Assembly (NCBI GenBank): GCA_964016885.1
Contig: OZ024741.1
Span: forward strand, 38,192,001 to 38,256,000
Direction: 5' to 3'
DNA: 64,000 nt
Source: Eledone cirrhosa
Taxonomy: Eukaryota
Part shown: piece by piece, positions 42,212 to 58,060 of the stretch
Numbering within the stretch: the first letter of the stretch is position 1
Layout of the letters: the number at the start of each line of letters is the position of its first letter
Position numbers and translations under genes: made by a program
The notes under the pieces: model-generated
Told to the model about the DNA's origin: nothing
The model's input: the letters and a program-made list of their open reading frames with translations, nothing else
Database searches by the model: none

Positions 42212-44513
42212 TTTTTTAGACACAGCACACAGATACAGGCAAACAAAATAACACAAGACAGGGAGGAGAAACCGATAGTAATAAAAATTATCAATCTTAC
42301 TATTGCAGAACCAACACCCAACCTTATCAACTTACTCTCCAAAGGTCTTAAATTCACACCGACCCCACTACGTCCTAACTACTATGAAATGAAGGAAGAC
42401 ATCACAGACTTCTGTAGAAAGTTACGACTCAGTGAACAACTATTCGACCAGTACAATGAGGATGAATCATTAGCCAGAAATAGAAGCAATTACACCCCAT
42501 CAAAAGGTAAAAATAAAATCCTGGACGAATTCTGTGAACACATCACAAACTTCCCTTACCAACACTTGCACAGACAAAAACACAAGCCAAACCTCAACAA
42601 GAAAGAATGGGAAGAATTAAATAGATTAAAAACCGACAGAACCATTACAATTAAAGAGGCTGATAAAGGGAGTACAGTAGTCCTAATGGAGACAGAATTC
42701 TATATCAACTTAGCGCTCTCCACTTTGGAAAACGAAAAGGCTGAACACTACAATCAACAGAAAATTATGAAAAACCTAAAAACTCTGATCAACCAATACA
42801 AAGGACTCACTAACAAGGAATTCAGCTTCATCACAGACTTCACAAGTAAATCCAGCCTTTTCTACGGTATCCCTAAAGTACATGAAAGTGAATTAATAAG
42901 AAAGACATGCAAGGAAGCCACAGACATAGTCAACAATGTCCCCTCACCCAATGATCTCAAATTAAGACCTATAATAGCAGGCCCCGCTTGCGAAACCCAC
43001 CGCCTCAGCAACTTCATTGATACCCTTCTCAAGCCTTTTCTCAAACACATCAAAAGCTATATAAGGGACGACCTAGATATGCTCAATCACCTCCCTAATA
43101 TGCCGCTTTCTGAACAAACCCTACTAGTGACGTTCGATGTAGTCAACCTATACTCCAACATCCCCCACAACCTAGGAATAGAAGCTATCCAATTCTGGCT
43201 GGATAATTACCACAATGAATTCCCACAACGCATCAAAAAAGAATTCGTGATAGAGGGACTCAAATTTATCTTGGAGAACAATTACTTCGTTTTCAATAAC
43301 AAACACTACAGGCAGAAATCTGGGACCGCTATGGGAACGAAAACAACCCCCACTTATGCCAACCTAGTCATGGGATACCTGGAAATCACCCTCTACACTA
43401 AAGTCCTAAACAAATTTGGAAACACTCTCCACTTACACATAGAAAGGAACTGGAAGCGATATCTAGATGACTGCTTCATCCTTTGGCACGAAAACATCGA
43501 GAAAGTTAAAGAATTTCACACCCTTATAAATGGTCTCAACACGAATATTAACTTCACGATGGAATACAGCCATCAACAACTCCCCTTCCTCGACATCCTC
43601 ATTAAGATCCATAACAAAAAAATAGAAACAGACATATACTACAAGCCCACAGACTCCAAGCAATATCTTCCTTTCAACTCTTGCCACGCTAGACACGTTA
43701 AAATTAATATTCCCTACAACTTAGCCAAGAGAATCTGTACTATAGTCTCCAATAAAAACACCTGCTACTTACGGCTACAAGAACTAAAGGACACACTCAT
43801 AGGCAGGGACTACCCTACATCACTAATTGACAATGGAATCCAACGTGCCCTAAAACTCAGTACCCAGGACCTTAGACACCCTAAAGTAAATCAACCGAAA
43901 CTAAAAGCTCTTCCATACATCTCCACACACAACAATGAGGCCTTTGACACCATCCTCCAGAACATCCCTGTGTCGAAAAAGGACCATAGAATGAACCAAA
44001 TCCTACGAACACACGATATCATAAAGAGAAAAAGACAATCTAAGTCAATGAAAAATATCCTAACACATGCCAAAGTACTGCCAACAACAACAACGAAACC
44101 TACAGTAAAAAAAATGCGATAGACCCAACTGTGGCATTTGCATCAACCTAATAGAGGGTTCGGAATTCTATTTCAAAGAAGCACAACGTTTTATAGTAAA
44201 ACACAATTTCACATGCGCATCAGAAAATCTAATATATGTATTAACTTGCTCAGGTTGTCGAGAACAATACATAGGCCAGACCAAAAACAGCCTCCGCCAA
44301 CGCATGACTGTCCATAGATCCCAAATTAAAATACGGGAATATAGGAAAATACCACTGAGTGAATACATTGATACCTGTGTCGCCCAAAATCATCCCAACT
44401 TCAGAATCTTTCCCCTCTACAAATTTAAAGATAATGCCACCCACACCCAGCGCATCAGCAAGGAATCTTACTTTATTAACACATACAGACCCCGTCTAAA
44501 CACTTCTCCCTAA
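42212..44513 (+). CDS. PLE reverse transcriptase-GIY-YIG endonuclease, with one frameshift in an A8 run at 44107-44114
   Basis: IINLT..LLSKGLKFTPTP, EADKG, PKVH, LRPII, DVVNLYSNI, GTAMGT, RYLDD; then CDRPNCGIC, NLIY..CSGC..YIGQT, KESYFINTYRPRLN. Confidence 0.9.
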
Positions 44514-44726
44514 GACGAACCCACAACATACACACGTCAACATACATACCTACATCAGCATAAATCTCTACCCACATATAAACACAATAACATACATAAA
44601 CACACATGTTCTATGGTGCAACACAAATATACACAAATTTGCATACCTTTTGATGACTATAGATATAAACGTGCCGACACACACACATACATAAATGCAC
44701 ACATGCATTGCACACTGATGGGCACA

Positions 44727-45001
44727 TACATATTTGTGCACATGTATTCCAATACGGCAAGGCCTAATGAATTCCCCTTGCAGTACGTACAATCTGGACA
44801 CACTCCAGATACATATTTGCGCACAGGTATACAATTTCTGCACACACTTCAGATACATGTGTACAATTTGTGCACAGGTATACAATTTTTGCACGGGTAT
44901 ACAAGTTCTGGACACACTCCAGATACATATTTGTGCACAGGTTTTCCAATACGGCAAGGCCTAATGGATCCCCCTTCCAGTACGTACAATCTGGACACAC
45001 T
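44727..45001 (+). repeat. Internal direct duplications in the Neptune 3' UTR
   Basis: A ~75 bp unit (ttccaatacggcaaggcctaatg..gtacgtacaatctggacacact) occurs twice, with tgcacaggtatacaattt subrepeats. Confidence 0.8.
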
Positions 45002-45382
45002 CACACACACCTTGGTATTATGCCAATACTATATATCATTTCACACCTTTTATTATTAAGGTTTTTGATATTCTATTGAGAGAATCGATTTTACTGAAAA
45101 TATCGAATAATGTACACCATTTTAACAGAAATAAATACTGACCCCCCCCCCCCCACACACACACATTCTCTCACACACATACACACATATATACACACAT
45201 ACACACGCGTACATTAACATACAAAGACACACACACACACACACACACACTTCTCCGTATAAGACAAGAGCTGAAAAAATATCTTTTAACATGTTAAAAT
45301 ATCCCCACACACTTACAGACACATTCCTACTGACCATCCCTCTACCACGAATTACTCTGCTAGACACACACACACACACACA

Positions 45383-45478
<96 letters not shown>

Positions 45479-45990
45479 TCTTAATAGGCATTTGAACTGT
45501 CAACAGGCTGCGGTTCGCACACACATCCCTGCTGACCATTATCACAACAACGAACCTCTTTACTACTACTACACACACACACACACACACACACATATTT
45601 GTTGTGAAAGACTTATCTCTCAGTCAGCCGACACAAGCCTACATTTGGCGCAAAATCAATCTTTTACATTCACATGACCTCTACCGACCAATCAAAATTG
45701 TTTTGACCACAATAATTTTTGCAACACAAATTGGCGCAAAACTTATTTTAATACCGCTGGAGCCACTTTTTTAACATAAAAACAGGTAGAATTCCCAAAA
45801 CTAATCAGATCAGAGCAAACATCACGGACGCTCTATCTCAAAATTATTTTTGAAAAGCATTAGAAATGCGCAACCGGTAGAACTTAAAACCAAAACTTAA
45901 TACTAACCAATACTATTACTAATTATCACTTATTCCTAATTAAACTATTTTTCACTGGGAACAATTTGTCAGCATTTTCTATTCCGTTTA

Positions 45991-46086
<96 letters not shown>

Positions 46087-46429
46087 AAAGGTAAACAGAA
46101 ATAACAACACAATCGGTACAGTATAGGGAAGGGATATATTAGGTTAACGTTTGATATAGCAGGAAGAGGGTCTTAACGTTCGGCTGCTAGTCCTTCATCA
46201 GAAGAAAGAATGAGAAATAAGATAGATTGAGGGGATGGGCGGACTGGAATTGGAAAAAATGTCTTTATACACACATTGTTTTCAAGGCATCGTTGTAATA
46301 AATGGTAACGCTGTTAGGTAAATGTTCATCGGTCGAAAAGCAGGAAATCACGACCATTAATATTGTCTACTATATTTTAAAATTATTTCGTAGCAGGGTG
46401 TGGTGGGAGGTATTTTGAATGTTTGTTAA

Positions 46430-46600
46430 TATAATTGTTTCTGCTTCTGGTACAAGACCAGTAATTACCCTAGTATATTACTGGTGCTTTATATATTCGA
46501 TCCCATAAGGATGAAAGGCAAAGCTAACCTCGGCGGGATTTGAACTCATGAAGTAAAGGGCCATAACTCTATGTCGATAAGCAAGGCGGCTGACGCTAAT
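46430..46600 (-). mobile_element. Nin-domain tRNA SINE
   Basis: Reverse copy of the family consensus. Confidence 0.8.
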
Positions 46601-46729
46601 GAACTCTCATTTGTCGTTCTATGAGAAGATTATTTGCTAATTTTTAGATCTAAAGTAATATTCACAATACTTAAATTACGTTCAAATTTAATTTTATTTT
46701 TTATTAAACTCTTTGAAAATGTCGAGTTT

Positions 46730-47235
46730 TGTTACGCCATGCTGCCCTCGACGAGGTCATTAATTATGGCTTGGAGGCTGCAGGCTTCCCCTCCCAGATC
46801 GAGCTGGTGGGGCTGGACTGGGGGGATGGCAAAATGCCAGATGGTATGACGATCTTCCCGTTCTGCGGTGGAAAACTCCTCGTCTGGGATGCCACTTGCA
46901 GCGACATTTTCTCCAGCCGCAACCTGGTGCGGTCTGCGACTAACCCAGGTACTGCTGTATGTCGGGGTGAGGAGGCCACACTCTCCAAGTACCGGTCGCT
47001 CTCCGACAGGTTCGCGGTCGTGCCCTTGGCAGTGGAGACTTCTGGTGTCCTTGGCCCTAGGGCTTCCTCCCTATTCACCTCCATAGGCGCTGAGCTGGCC
47101 AGTCGCAGGTGTGAGCCTCGGGAGTTGGAATAGCTCTTTCTGCTCATCTCCCTTACCATCCTCCGAGGAAACGCCTTCTCCATTCTGTCTGTCGGGGCTG
47201 TGGGGAGGCCAGCACGTTAGACCCCATTACTCACC
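46730..47235 (+). mobile_element. CRE-clade LINE 3' end with PD-(D/E)xK restriction-like endonuclease
   Basis: RHAALDEVI..GLDWGDGKMPDG..LVWDATC..KYRSL..VPLAVETSGVLGP..RGNAFSIL. Confidence 0.82.
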
Positions 47236-47336
47236 ATACGGATTAATAGGCAAAGTTATAAACTATTGTAAATAAATAATTATTGTGGAATACAGTTATA
47301 AGTAAAAAAAAAAAAAATTATAAAGCTATCTAATTA

Positions 47337-47521
47337 ATTGTTTCTACGTTTGGCACAAGGTCAGCAATTACCCAGTGTATTACTGGTACTTTATTTTATC
47401 GCCCCCGTAAGGATGAAAGGCAAAGTTGACCTCGGCGGGATTTGAACTCAGAATGGCAAGGGCCGTAACACTATGCGTCAAAGCATGGCGGCCGACCCTC
47501 TACCGATACTGCCAATCCACC
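47337..47521 (-). mobile_element. Nin-domain tRNA SINE with 19-bp TSD ataaagctatctaattaat
   Basis: Full-length copy with the direct repeat on both sides. Confidence 0.9.
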
Positions 47522-47655
47522 ATAAAGCTATCTAATTAATGAACAGTAATTTTGTGGACATAGTGACGTCACGGTAATTGTTTAGACAGAAATACTTAAA
47601 ATAACGTCTGTGGAACTTCAAACCATTATAATAATCGTATGCAGGTCAGCATAAC

Positions 47656-47741
<86 letters not shown>

Positions 47742-48058
47742 TACAGAGGGTGTCCCCCAAAAATGTATACACGCTTCAACAACATTGTAATAAATATTGC
47801 CTGTACAGGTAATCAAAGTATGTATATATTTTATATAAGGGACAACCTGTATATATACACGCTTGGCTGGCCTCATACGAAGTTGCATGTCATAGGAGAC
47901 TATTTTAGGTTCAGTTGTGTCAAAGACATGACAACCTTCCTAGTGCTGGTGGTGCTAAAAGGTGCACCTCTCAAACACTTGGTAGAAAACAGATGATGAT
48001 GATGATACATACATATCTCCTATATAATGAACAGTTCTAGTCCTGTCCTGTAGAAGTC

Positions 48059-48111
<53 letters not shown>

Positions 48112-48192
48112 TATAATATATATATAATAAATATGCGTATACTCTATCAATATATATTGAGGCCTTTTAAAACTGTAGTTACTCCACGGTGC

Positions 48193-48286
<94 letters not shown>

Positions 48287-48301
48287 CGATACTGCCAATC
48301 C

Positions 48302-48382
<81 letters not shown>

Positions 48383-48654
48383 ATAGTAATAATATGGAAG
48401 AGGTGTTAAATTTTCATTCTATATATATAATATATATATATATATTTTTGAATTGAGTTTGAATTATTTTCCCATATCTTACGTTATTTTCTATTTTGAC
48501 GTTATAGTCACTTATATATTATGAAATACTGTTGGCTTCTTGCTCACATTAATTTCTCTATTTTCATTCATATATATATATATATGTATATATGGATTGC
48601 AGTAAAGAGTTACGGTCTTTTATGGTCTGAGTTCAAATCCCGCCGATATTAACT

Positions 48655-49918
<1,264 letters not shown>

Positions 49919-49921
<3 letters not shown>

Positions 49922-52316
49922 GGGGTGTCGAAACACAACCCTTTTTAAGGAATCTTAATTCCATATGAAAATTAGGGTTATGTGACCACCCCATACCCCT
50001 CGCATACACCCCCACAATTGAATACCCTAATTTTCTATATTAATCATATAATCTCTAACACATATATACTAAATTACTTATGGATATGAAACATTTCATC
50101 ATATTTCACTGTAGAAACTTTGTTTAAAACACCTAATGAGTAAAGATAGCAAAAACATTGAGATATAAGACAATTGGTAGGTAGGTACCCCTCCAGAATG
50201 GTAAAATTACAACTTTTCAATGTGTTAAATGAATTTTTGTTTAGAAAATGTATACATTTGTTAAATGATTTTCTTTTGTTTTTCAGATTATTTCAGAGCT
50301 AAATTGTATTATAATTTTACAAAAATACCTACATAGATTTAAACTGTAATAATTTAAATATATAAAATTATATAATTGTTTCTACTTTTGGCACAAGGCC
50401 AGCAATTACCCAGTACATTACTGGTACTTTATTTTATCGACCCCGTAAGGATGAAAGGCAAAGTCAACCTCGGCAGGATTTGAACTCAGATTGTAAAGGG
50501 ACGTAACTATGCTGGAAAGCATGGCGTCCGACTCTCTACCGATACTGCCAATCCACCACAAATTATATAATGGCAACTAGAAGTAAAAGCCGTAATTCAG
50601 CATTTGGATTTCCTGCAAAAGAAATTATTACTTTTTTAATTGATTCTGACAGTCAAGAAAGTTTAAAGGCTGTATCATGTGATGGCATTCCAGTAAACAC
50701 TGGTCATTTAGAAGGGGTAATTAAAATAATTGAATTATACTTAAATAAACCACTCCAGTGGCTGATATGCCTGCTACATACAAATGAGCTTCCGTTTCGA
50801 GATGTATTTGAATCCATAGATGGAAAAATAACAGGACCACGAACATCAAAAGGCTTAATTGGCAATAAAATTGCCAATAAAAGATGTAACAAACTTTAAA
50901 ATAATCAAATTTTCTCCAGTAAAAACTAAAGTGAAAGAATTGCCATTAGAAGTTGTTCATACTTTAAGCTCAGATCAAAAATATCTGTATGAAATGTGCC
51001 TCAGTATTGAGACAGGGTTTGTTTCTAAGCAGTTGGCAGCAAGATCACCTGGTAAAATCCATCATACAAGGTGGTTGACACGTGCAAACAGAATTCTTTA
51101 CTTATATGTTTCGGAAAAAAATCCCGAAAAGAAAATTATGGATCTTGTTAAAATCATAACGCAAGCTGGTTCTGGATTAAATCTCACCCAAAGTTACACG
51201 AAAGAGCAAGTAATTTTTGGTATATGGCTCATTTAATGCAAGATATGAACCAAGATCATAAAGAAGTTATGGAGAAATCGTTAAAAACTAATTCGTATTT
51301 TTCCCATCCGGAGAATATTTTACTGACTATGCTGAATGATGGAAGAAGACAAATTAGGGAAGTAGCAATTCAGCGAATTATTAAAGCAAGAACGTTTCCC
51401 TGAATGCCCCGTGAAGGATTAAGAAATTTCAAACTACCAAGTAAATTAATTTTGAAGCGCAGGATTATGTTGATTTGATTAACTGGGAAAATGGAATTAT
51501 AAGATCCCCTCCAGTTTTACGGAACTTTACAAATGTTGATCTTCTTAAAGCTCGTTCCGGACCATACAAAGCAATACCTCTTCCCTGTCATAGCCAAGGA
51601 GTCGAGCATGCTCTCAATTTAGTGACAAAAGCTTCTGATGTCAGAATAGGCTACGAAAATAGGCACAAATTAATATTAAATGTACAGAAATCAAGACAAA
51701 GTTTACCTCACTTTGACTGGAAAAGAAAATGGTCATTTATTTAAATAGTAAATACTATTAATGCTTATTTTATGGTGTTCACTGTTCTTGTATTTCGTTT
51801 GAGGTTCGCGTATAGTTTTTTTTTTTATTGCATATCATAATAGTCATTAAGAATTTACATTATTTATATTAACTTTGCTTTTCGTCCTTACGGGGTCGAT
51901 AAAATAAAGTACCAGTAATGCACTGGGATAATTGCTGGCCTTGTGCCAAAAGTAGAAATAATTATTTATACGTTGAAAGTGCTTTTCTTTATTTTTTATT
52001 AAAAAAAATTAATACAAACTATAATTAAATAGATTCCAATAACTGTTTTTTTCAGGTTGGTCGGTGGGGTGGTGCATATAATTTATAAAAAGTTATATAG
52101 GTAATATTTAACCAATACAAAATTAATAGCATTAAAACAAGTTTACAGTTCTTTAAATTTTCAGTATTCAAAACGCAGAATAGGGTGGGGGTGGGGCTAT
52201 GCGAGGGGTAGGGGTGATCGCATACTTTTCTAAATTTGTTAATTTATTTCTCACACCCAAATGAACACCAGGCAATATATGGAATCAGAATATAAAATGT
52301 CGACCCCCCCCCCCTA
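49919..52316 (+). mobile_element. hAT-superfamily (hATm-like) DNA transposon
   Basis: TAGGGGGTGTCGA...TCGACCCCCCCCCCCTA termini; subterminal inverted repeat 49983-50013 / 52186-52222. TSD not resolved in (TA)n. Nested SINEs at 50374-50557 (minus, TSD aaattatataat) and 51868-51966. Confidence 0.75.
50570..51744 (+). pseudogene. hATm-like transposase pseudogene (frameshifted)
   Basis: CDGIPVNTG, WLICLLHTNELPFR, LSSDQKYL, HHTRWLTRANRIL, HPENILL, PCHSQGVE. Confidence 0.8.
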
Positions 52317-52737
52317 CAATATATATATACATTCAGACTGTGAGAGCCAAATTATGAGTGGTGTGTGTGTGGTGTGTGGTGTTTGTGTGTGTGTGTGTAC
52401 ACACATTTCGATAAAAGCATTTTTTTGTGTTGATTTATATAAACCGCTAGGACATCTACATGGTTTAAAACCCTGCCTCGCCATATAGGGATATGATGAG
52501 AAGTGGGTAAAAAAGACTTAGAGAGATAAATGGTATTTTAAACTCTGTCATACCCTAACGACCTGCGGCTGCAACAGCAACAACGGCCAAACTAAATAAA
52601 CTAAACAAATTAAGGTGACCTGTCACAATTGACCTTTACCGTCTTGATCTGGGGATTTTACACTGTAGTCTATTTATTTACCTGATTCTATCTGACTATC
52701 ATTCTATCTATCTATCTATCTATCTTTATCTAATCTA

Positions 52738-52773
<36 letters not shown>

Positions 52774-52809
52774 GTCTATCTACTATACTGCACATCGATC
52801 CATCCATCC

Positions 52810-52873
<64 letters not shown>

Positions 52874-52902
52874 GTCTATCTATCTATCCATCTATCTATC
52901 TA

Positions 52903-54770
52903 TGTGGATGCGGTGCTCGAGGCGGCAGGCTTCGGACCCATGTTCAAGGGCTGGATTGCTGCAATGCACAGCAGCAACATCTGCTCAAGGGTCAAGGTGA
53001 ACGGCTACCTCTCAGAGCCGTTCCATATCACGCGATCCATCAGATGGCGATGCCCCCCCCCCTTATGTACGTACTGACTCTCGAGCCACTACTGCTGAAG
53101 GTGGAGCTATTGCAGGGCATCCCTTTGGAACCGGGACTGCGAAAAGCGGCGCCGGCCTTCGCCTACGACGTGACAGTAATGGTGTCGAGCACGTCGCAAA
53201 TCGGGGAGGTCGGCACCTTACTGGAGGAATACGAAAGGTTCACAGGAGCGAAGCTGAACCGGGACAAATCCATCGGTTTGCAACTCGAAACGTGGGGAGG
53301 CAAACCGATGCCTTCCGATGGCGTCGTCGGACGCTGGACGGAAGGACCGGTAAAGCTGCTCGGGGTCTGGTTTGGTCCGGACCTCCAGGTGGAGAAGAAC
53401 TGGAACGAGGTGACGGCCAAAGGTGTTTGCGCTCACCCAGAAGTGGGCCGAGTGCAAACTATCCTTGAAAGGTCGAGCGGAGGTGGCGAACACTTTTATA
53501 GCGTCCGTCATCCACTACCGCTTGACCGTCTTGCTTTGTCCAGCCTAAACGCTCACCAAAATGGAGCGCGCGCTCTTCCAATTCCTTTGGAAGAAACGGA
53601 CTCCTTTGGTGAGAAGATCCATCTGCTGCCAACACCCTTCCAACGGAGGGCTGGGGATGCCGTGGCTGACGATGCGCAAACATGCGCTCAGGCTGCGACC
53701 CCTCCACGTATTCCTCACCGGACAACCGGTGTGGGCCCCATTCGTGAGGCGAGCCTTCCCACGACTCGTCTCGCTGACCGAGCTGCAGTCCTGGGTCAAG
53801 CAAAGACCGAAGAAAATGGGCGACTGGCACATCGAATGTGCTCAGGCGCTCACAGTCCTCTGGCAAACGGACCCGGCGATCAGTGGAGACTCCACTTCGA
53901 CATTCTATAGAGGGTTGGTCCGCAGCAAGTGCGACGACGCGCTCGGAGAAACTCTAGGCGTAGTGGAGGAAGAACTGGCCAGTCTGTTCGGTAGGACCTT
54001 CCGCCCGGGACCAATTGAGAACATCCAAAAGTCCCTGGCCTGGCAGTGCTACCGAGGAGCTCTACCAGTTCGAGACAAGCTCTACAGATACGGGCGCCCG
54101 GGCAGGGACCCTTCGAAAAAGATCTGTCCGAGATGCGTGCGCGACCAGGAAACCGTTGCGCACGTATTTGTACACTGCCCGGGCGTTACCGACCTGTGGG
54201 GATATGTAGAACGACTATTGTCGCGGATGGGACCAATCCAGTAGACCACCGAGTCCATTGTCATGATCAAACCGCCACCCTCCTTTAAAAACGAGGGAGA
54301 GGCGGTTTTCCTATGTGTTATAGCTATGGTGAAAGAGGTTACATGGTGGACGAGGTTAAAAGGGCTGAGGTCAGGCACCTTTCTCTCCGGCGAGCAACTG
54401 ATTCGTTTTTTCAAATATCATTTTGGAAGAAGAATCAGGATGGAGAGAGAGGTGCTGTACCCCAGCAAATTTTATAAAAGGTGGGTGAATGTGGCAAAGA
54501 TGGCCCGAGTGGTTGGGCCTTCTCTCTCTATAAGCCTGTAGGTTGAGGAAAAAGAGGAAGAGAGGAAGGGAGTACTTACTCTTGGTGCTTCTGGAGATGA
54601 GGGTTGTATATTTTTTCGGGGTGTGTACAACCCCTGTGTAACGCCTCCCCCTATTGGGGATTTCAATTGTTATTTGTTATTTTATTAATAGTTTTATTTT
54701 CATATACCTGTATGTAAACACCCCATTTATATTTGTCCCCTTCTTTTGTGCCCTTGTGTCTAATAAAGAA

Positions 54771-54773
<3 letters not shown>
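52903..54773 (+). mobile_element. Tx1/L1-clade LINE, 5'-truncated ORF2 pseudogene and 3' UTR
   Basis: GFGPMFKGWI, VKVNG, LEPLL, FAYD (FADD-like), GAKLNRDKS, GGLGMP, CPRC..ETVAHVFVHC zinc knuckle. AATAAA then (TC)n; 5' junction in (TCTA)n. Confidence 0.9.
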
Positions 54774-54819
<46 letters not shown>

Positions 54820-55066
54820 TCTCGGTCTGTCTGTCTATCTACCTGTCAATCTGTCTGTCTATCTCTTTATACTGCATACCTGTCTGTCTATCTCCCTATC
54901 CATCTATCACTCTCCGGCCGTTACAAGGACAATCATTGACAATCCTCTTAACTGAGTGACCCTTCAGTTAAAGCTTTCCTTAACTGACCGCCCTTATTAG
55001 ATGGACATATTTTCAAGTGGTACTGTATTGATGTAGATACATTGTCCATCCATGACTATCTCACAT

Positions 55067-55140
<74 letters not shown>

Positions 55141-55521
55141 CTAACTCCCCTTCTCCCCTCCCTTCAATCTTTATTTCTATTAGCCATGATTTCACAATTA
55201 ACCTCATACTGCCGTATCATTTCATCCTCCTTCTCCCCCAACCGCCCTTCCCTCTACCTATTGTTGTTTTTGTTGATAGTGGTGGTGACGTTGTTGTTAG
55301 TGGAGGTGTTACTGATGTGACAATGACATTGCACCTAATGACCTCAACACTTTCATCAAACAGAGTCGACCATCAAATGACCACAAATCATACGGTGTCC
55401 AATCACCAACATCTCAATAAAAAAAGAAATCCCGGCCGATACTTTTATTGTCAAATGTCTGAATTTTAATTGGATCTTTATACACCTAGACGAACTCAAA
55501 CGGACGTTCAGCTATTTACTT

Positions 55522-55561
<40 letters not shown>

Positions 55562-55723
55562 GATATATAGATAGATACACACACATATATATAGAGAGCG
55601 ATAGATAAATACACGCACACACACACATACACACACACACACACACACATATATATAGATAGATACACACACACATATATATATAGAGAGAGATAGAGAG
55701 ATACACACACAGACACACACACA

Positions 55724-55777
<54 letters not shown>

Positions 55778-55953
55778 GAGGGTGCCCACACAAAATATAC
55801 ACACTTTTATTAGAATGCTGTTGAAATGTGTATATATTTTTGGGACACCCTGTACACACACACACACACACATACACACACATACATATATATATATATA
55901 CATATATCTGTATGCATATATGTACACACACACACACGCGCACATATATATAT

Positions 55954-56109
55954 GTCAAGATAAAATTAGTTTAGAACTAGTTAGACCATTACCCAACAGA
56001 GTACTCGATACTTGGGATAGTAGAGTATGGTTATATTATAAAGAGTTAGGGCCCGACGGCTGAGCTCTTGCTGTTTCAGCAGCAGTTACTTCCGGACTTC
56101 CGATTCTTT

Positions 56110-56186
<77 letters not shown>

Positions 56187-56389
56187 CATATACACATATA
56201 TAACGAAGGAGGTGTGGTAAGGAACCAGATGGACCATAACGCACCAGAGTACTCAATACTAGTAGAGTGTATAATAGGAAAAGGTTTCACCCCGACGGCA
56301 GAGCTCAAACCGTTTCGACGGCTATTCCAGTCCAGAAATAGCCGTCGAAACGGCTTGATCTCTGCCGCCGGGGTGAAGCTTTTTCCTCT
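55954..56389 (-). mobile_element. Two family A PLE termini (55954-56110 single arm; 56200-56389 fold-back) separated by (TA)n
   Basis: GAGTACTC at 55999 and 56247; palindrome 56275-56389. Confidence 0.8.
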
Positions 56390-56396
56390 ATATATA

Positions 56397-56487
<91 letters not shown>

Positions 56488-56567
56488 TTTAATATATACA
56501 ATCTGCCTTAGCATAGAATGCTGATTTTGGTACCTTCCTGAGTAAACAACGAATCTACTGAACCACT

Positions 56568-56629
<62 letters not shown>

Positions 56630-56633
<4 letters not shown>

Positions 56634-57190
56634 ACTAGAAATTGATTAACATATAAATAAACATGAATAATCACAGGAGATAATTTTTACAAGTGTGTAA
56701 GCACACAGCTAGGTAGGTAACTAAATAAAGTTGACCAGAACTTCAAAATTAGATACCATATAATATAATTAATCTTCCCTGTATATATTCCATTAAAGAA
56801 ATATATTTCACCAATTAATCGGATGGTAAACCACGGAAGTGGAGACTTGGATTTTCAACAAGAAAGGGGTTCCAGCGATCCGTGTTTACACTTCAAGTTC
56901 AAATCAGCGACTGGCCAGCAACACGTGGTATATCTATTTTTGAAGTTCTGGTCAACTTTATTTAGTTACCTACCTAGCTATGTGTGGTTACACACTTGTA
57001 AAAATTATCTCCTGTGGTTATTCATGTTTATTTATATGTTAATCAATTTCTAGTTATTATAAAATGCTCGGACCTATTCGTTAGAATCTTAGAGCTTATT
57101 TTGCGGGTGATATGGCGCATGTCTTTCTGGCATGACACCCATAATTTTGATTTAGATTAAATTCATTTGATTTATCTTAATCTTGGTTAC
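56630..57190. mobile_element. Fold-back element (family G), probable PLE terminus
   Basis: Arms ~56630-56758 / 56926-57057 plus a tail containing a gctc..ta-gagc hairpin. No hammerhead recognised. Confidence 0.55.
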
Positions 57191-57194
57191 ATAT

Positions 57195-57456
57195 ATATAT
57201 ATATATATGGATGTAAATATAATGTATTTTGCAATACACTTTATGCTTAATTAAAAGCATTTTGAAGACCGTAAGCTATTGTTTTAAAGTAGTGACAAAT
57301 TCACTCACTTCGATCTCAGCAAACAGGAGGAGATAATTTGTCACTACTTTAAAACAATAGCTTACGGTCTTCAAAATGCTTTTAATTAAGCATAAAGTGT
57401 ATTGCAAAATACATTATATTTACATCCATATATATATTGCTATTTCAGAGCTACAA

Positions 57457-57462
<6 letters not shown>
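57195..57462. mobile_element. Family P fold-back PLE terminus
   Basis: Apparently perfect arms ~57195-57301 / 57335-57437 plus the family P tail. Confidence 0.75.
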
Positions 57463-57545
<83 letters not shown>

Positions 57546-57729
57546 TGTTCGGAATAACAGAAAACAAAAAACAGACAAACGCAGGAGTAAATAATATTAG
57601 TTTCACGCTTGGTGAGAGTGGGGGGGGGGGTGTAGTCGCGACGTTTCGGGCATAATCCATTCATCAGGAGGGTAGTTAGCGGGAAAAATAGAAATAAAAG
57701 TAAATTGAAAATGGAACATGAAGTGTAAT

Positions 57730-57765
<36 letters not shown>

Positions 57766-57955
57766 ACATATATACATACAAATATATATATATATGTGTG
57801 TGTGTGTGTATTAGAAAAGGGAAGTAAGGCTCTATACAAGTCAGTGGATATAGAGAAAATGTGAAGTTGGAAATAGCACGGAAAATATTTTTTAGGGTCT
57901 GTTTTTCTTTTTCTTTTCCTTTCTTTGATTCGTCAAAGTGACATTATATATATAT

Positions 57956-58060
<105 letters not shown>

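Larger units (their letters stand above)
41891..45994 (+). mobile_element. Near-intact Neptune-type Penelope-like element (ORF1 remnant, RT, GIY-YIG, long 3' UTR/pLTR)
   Basis: (TA)n flanks, RT and endonuclease motifs, and a decayed variant hammerhead at 45847-45882. Confidence 0.9.
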
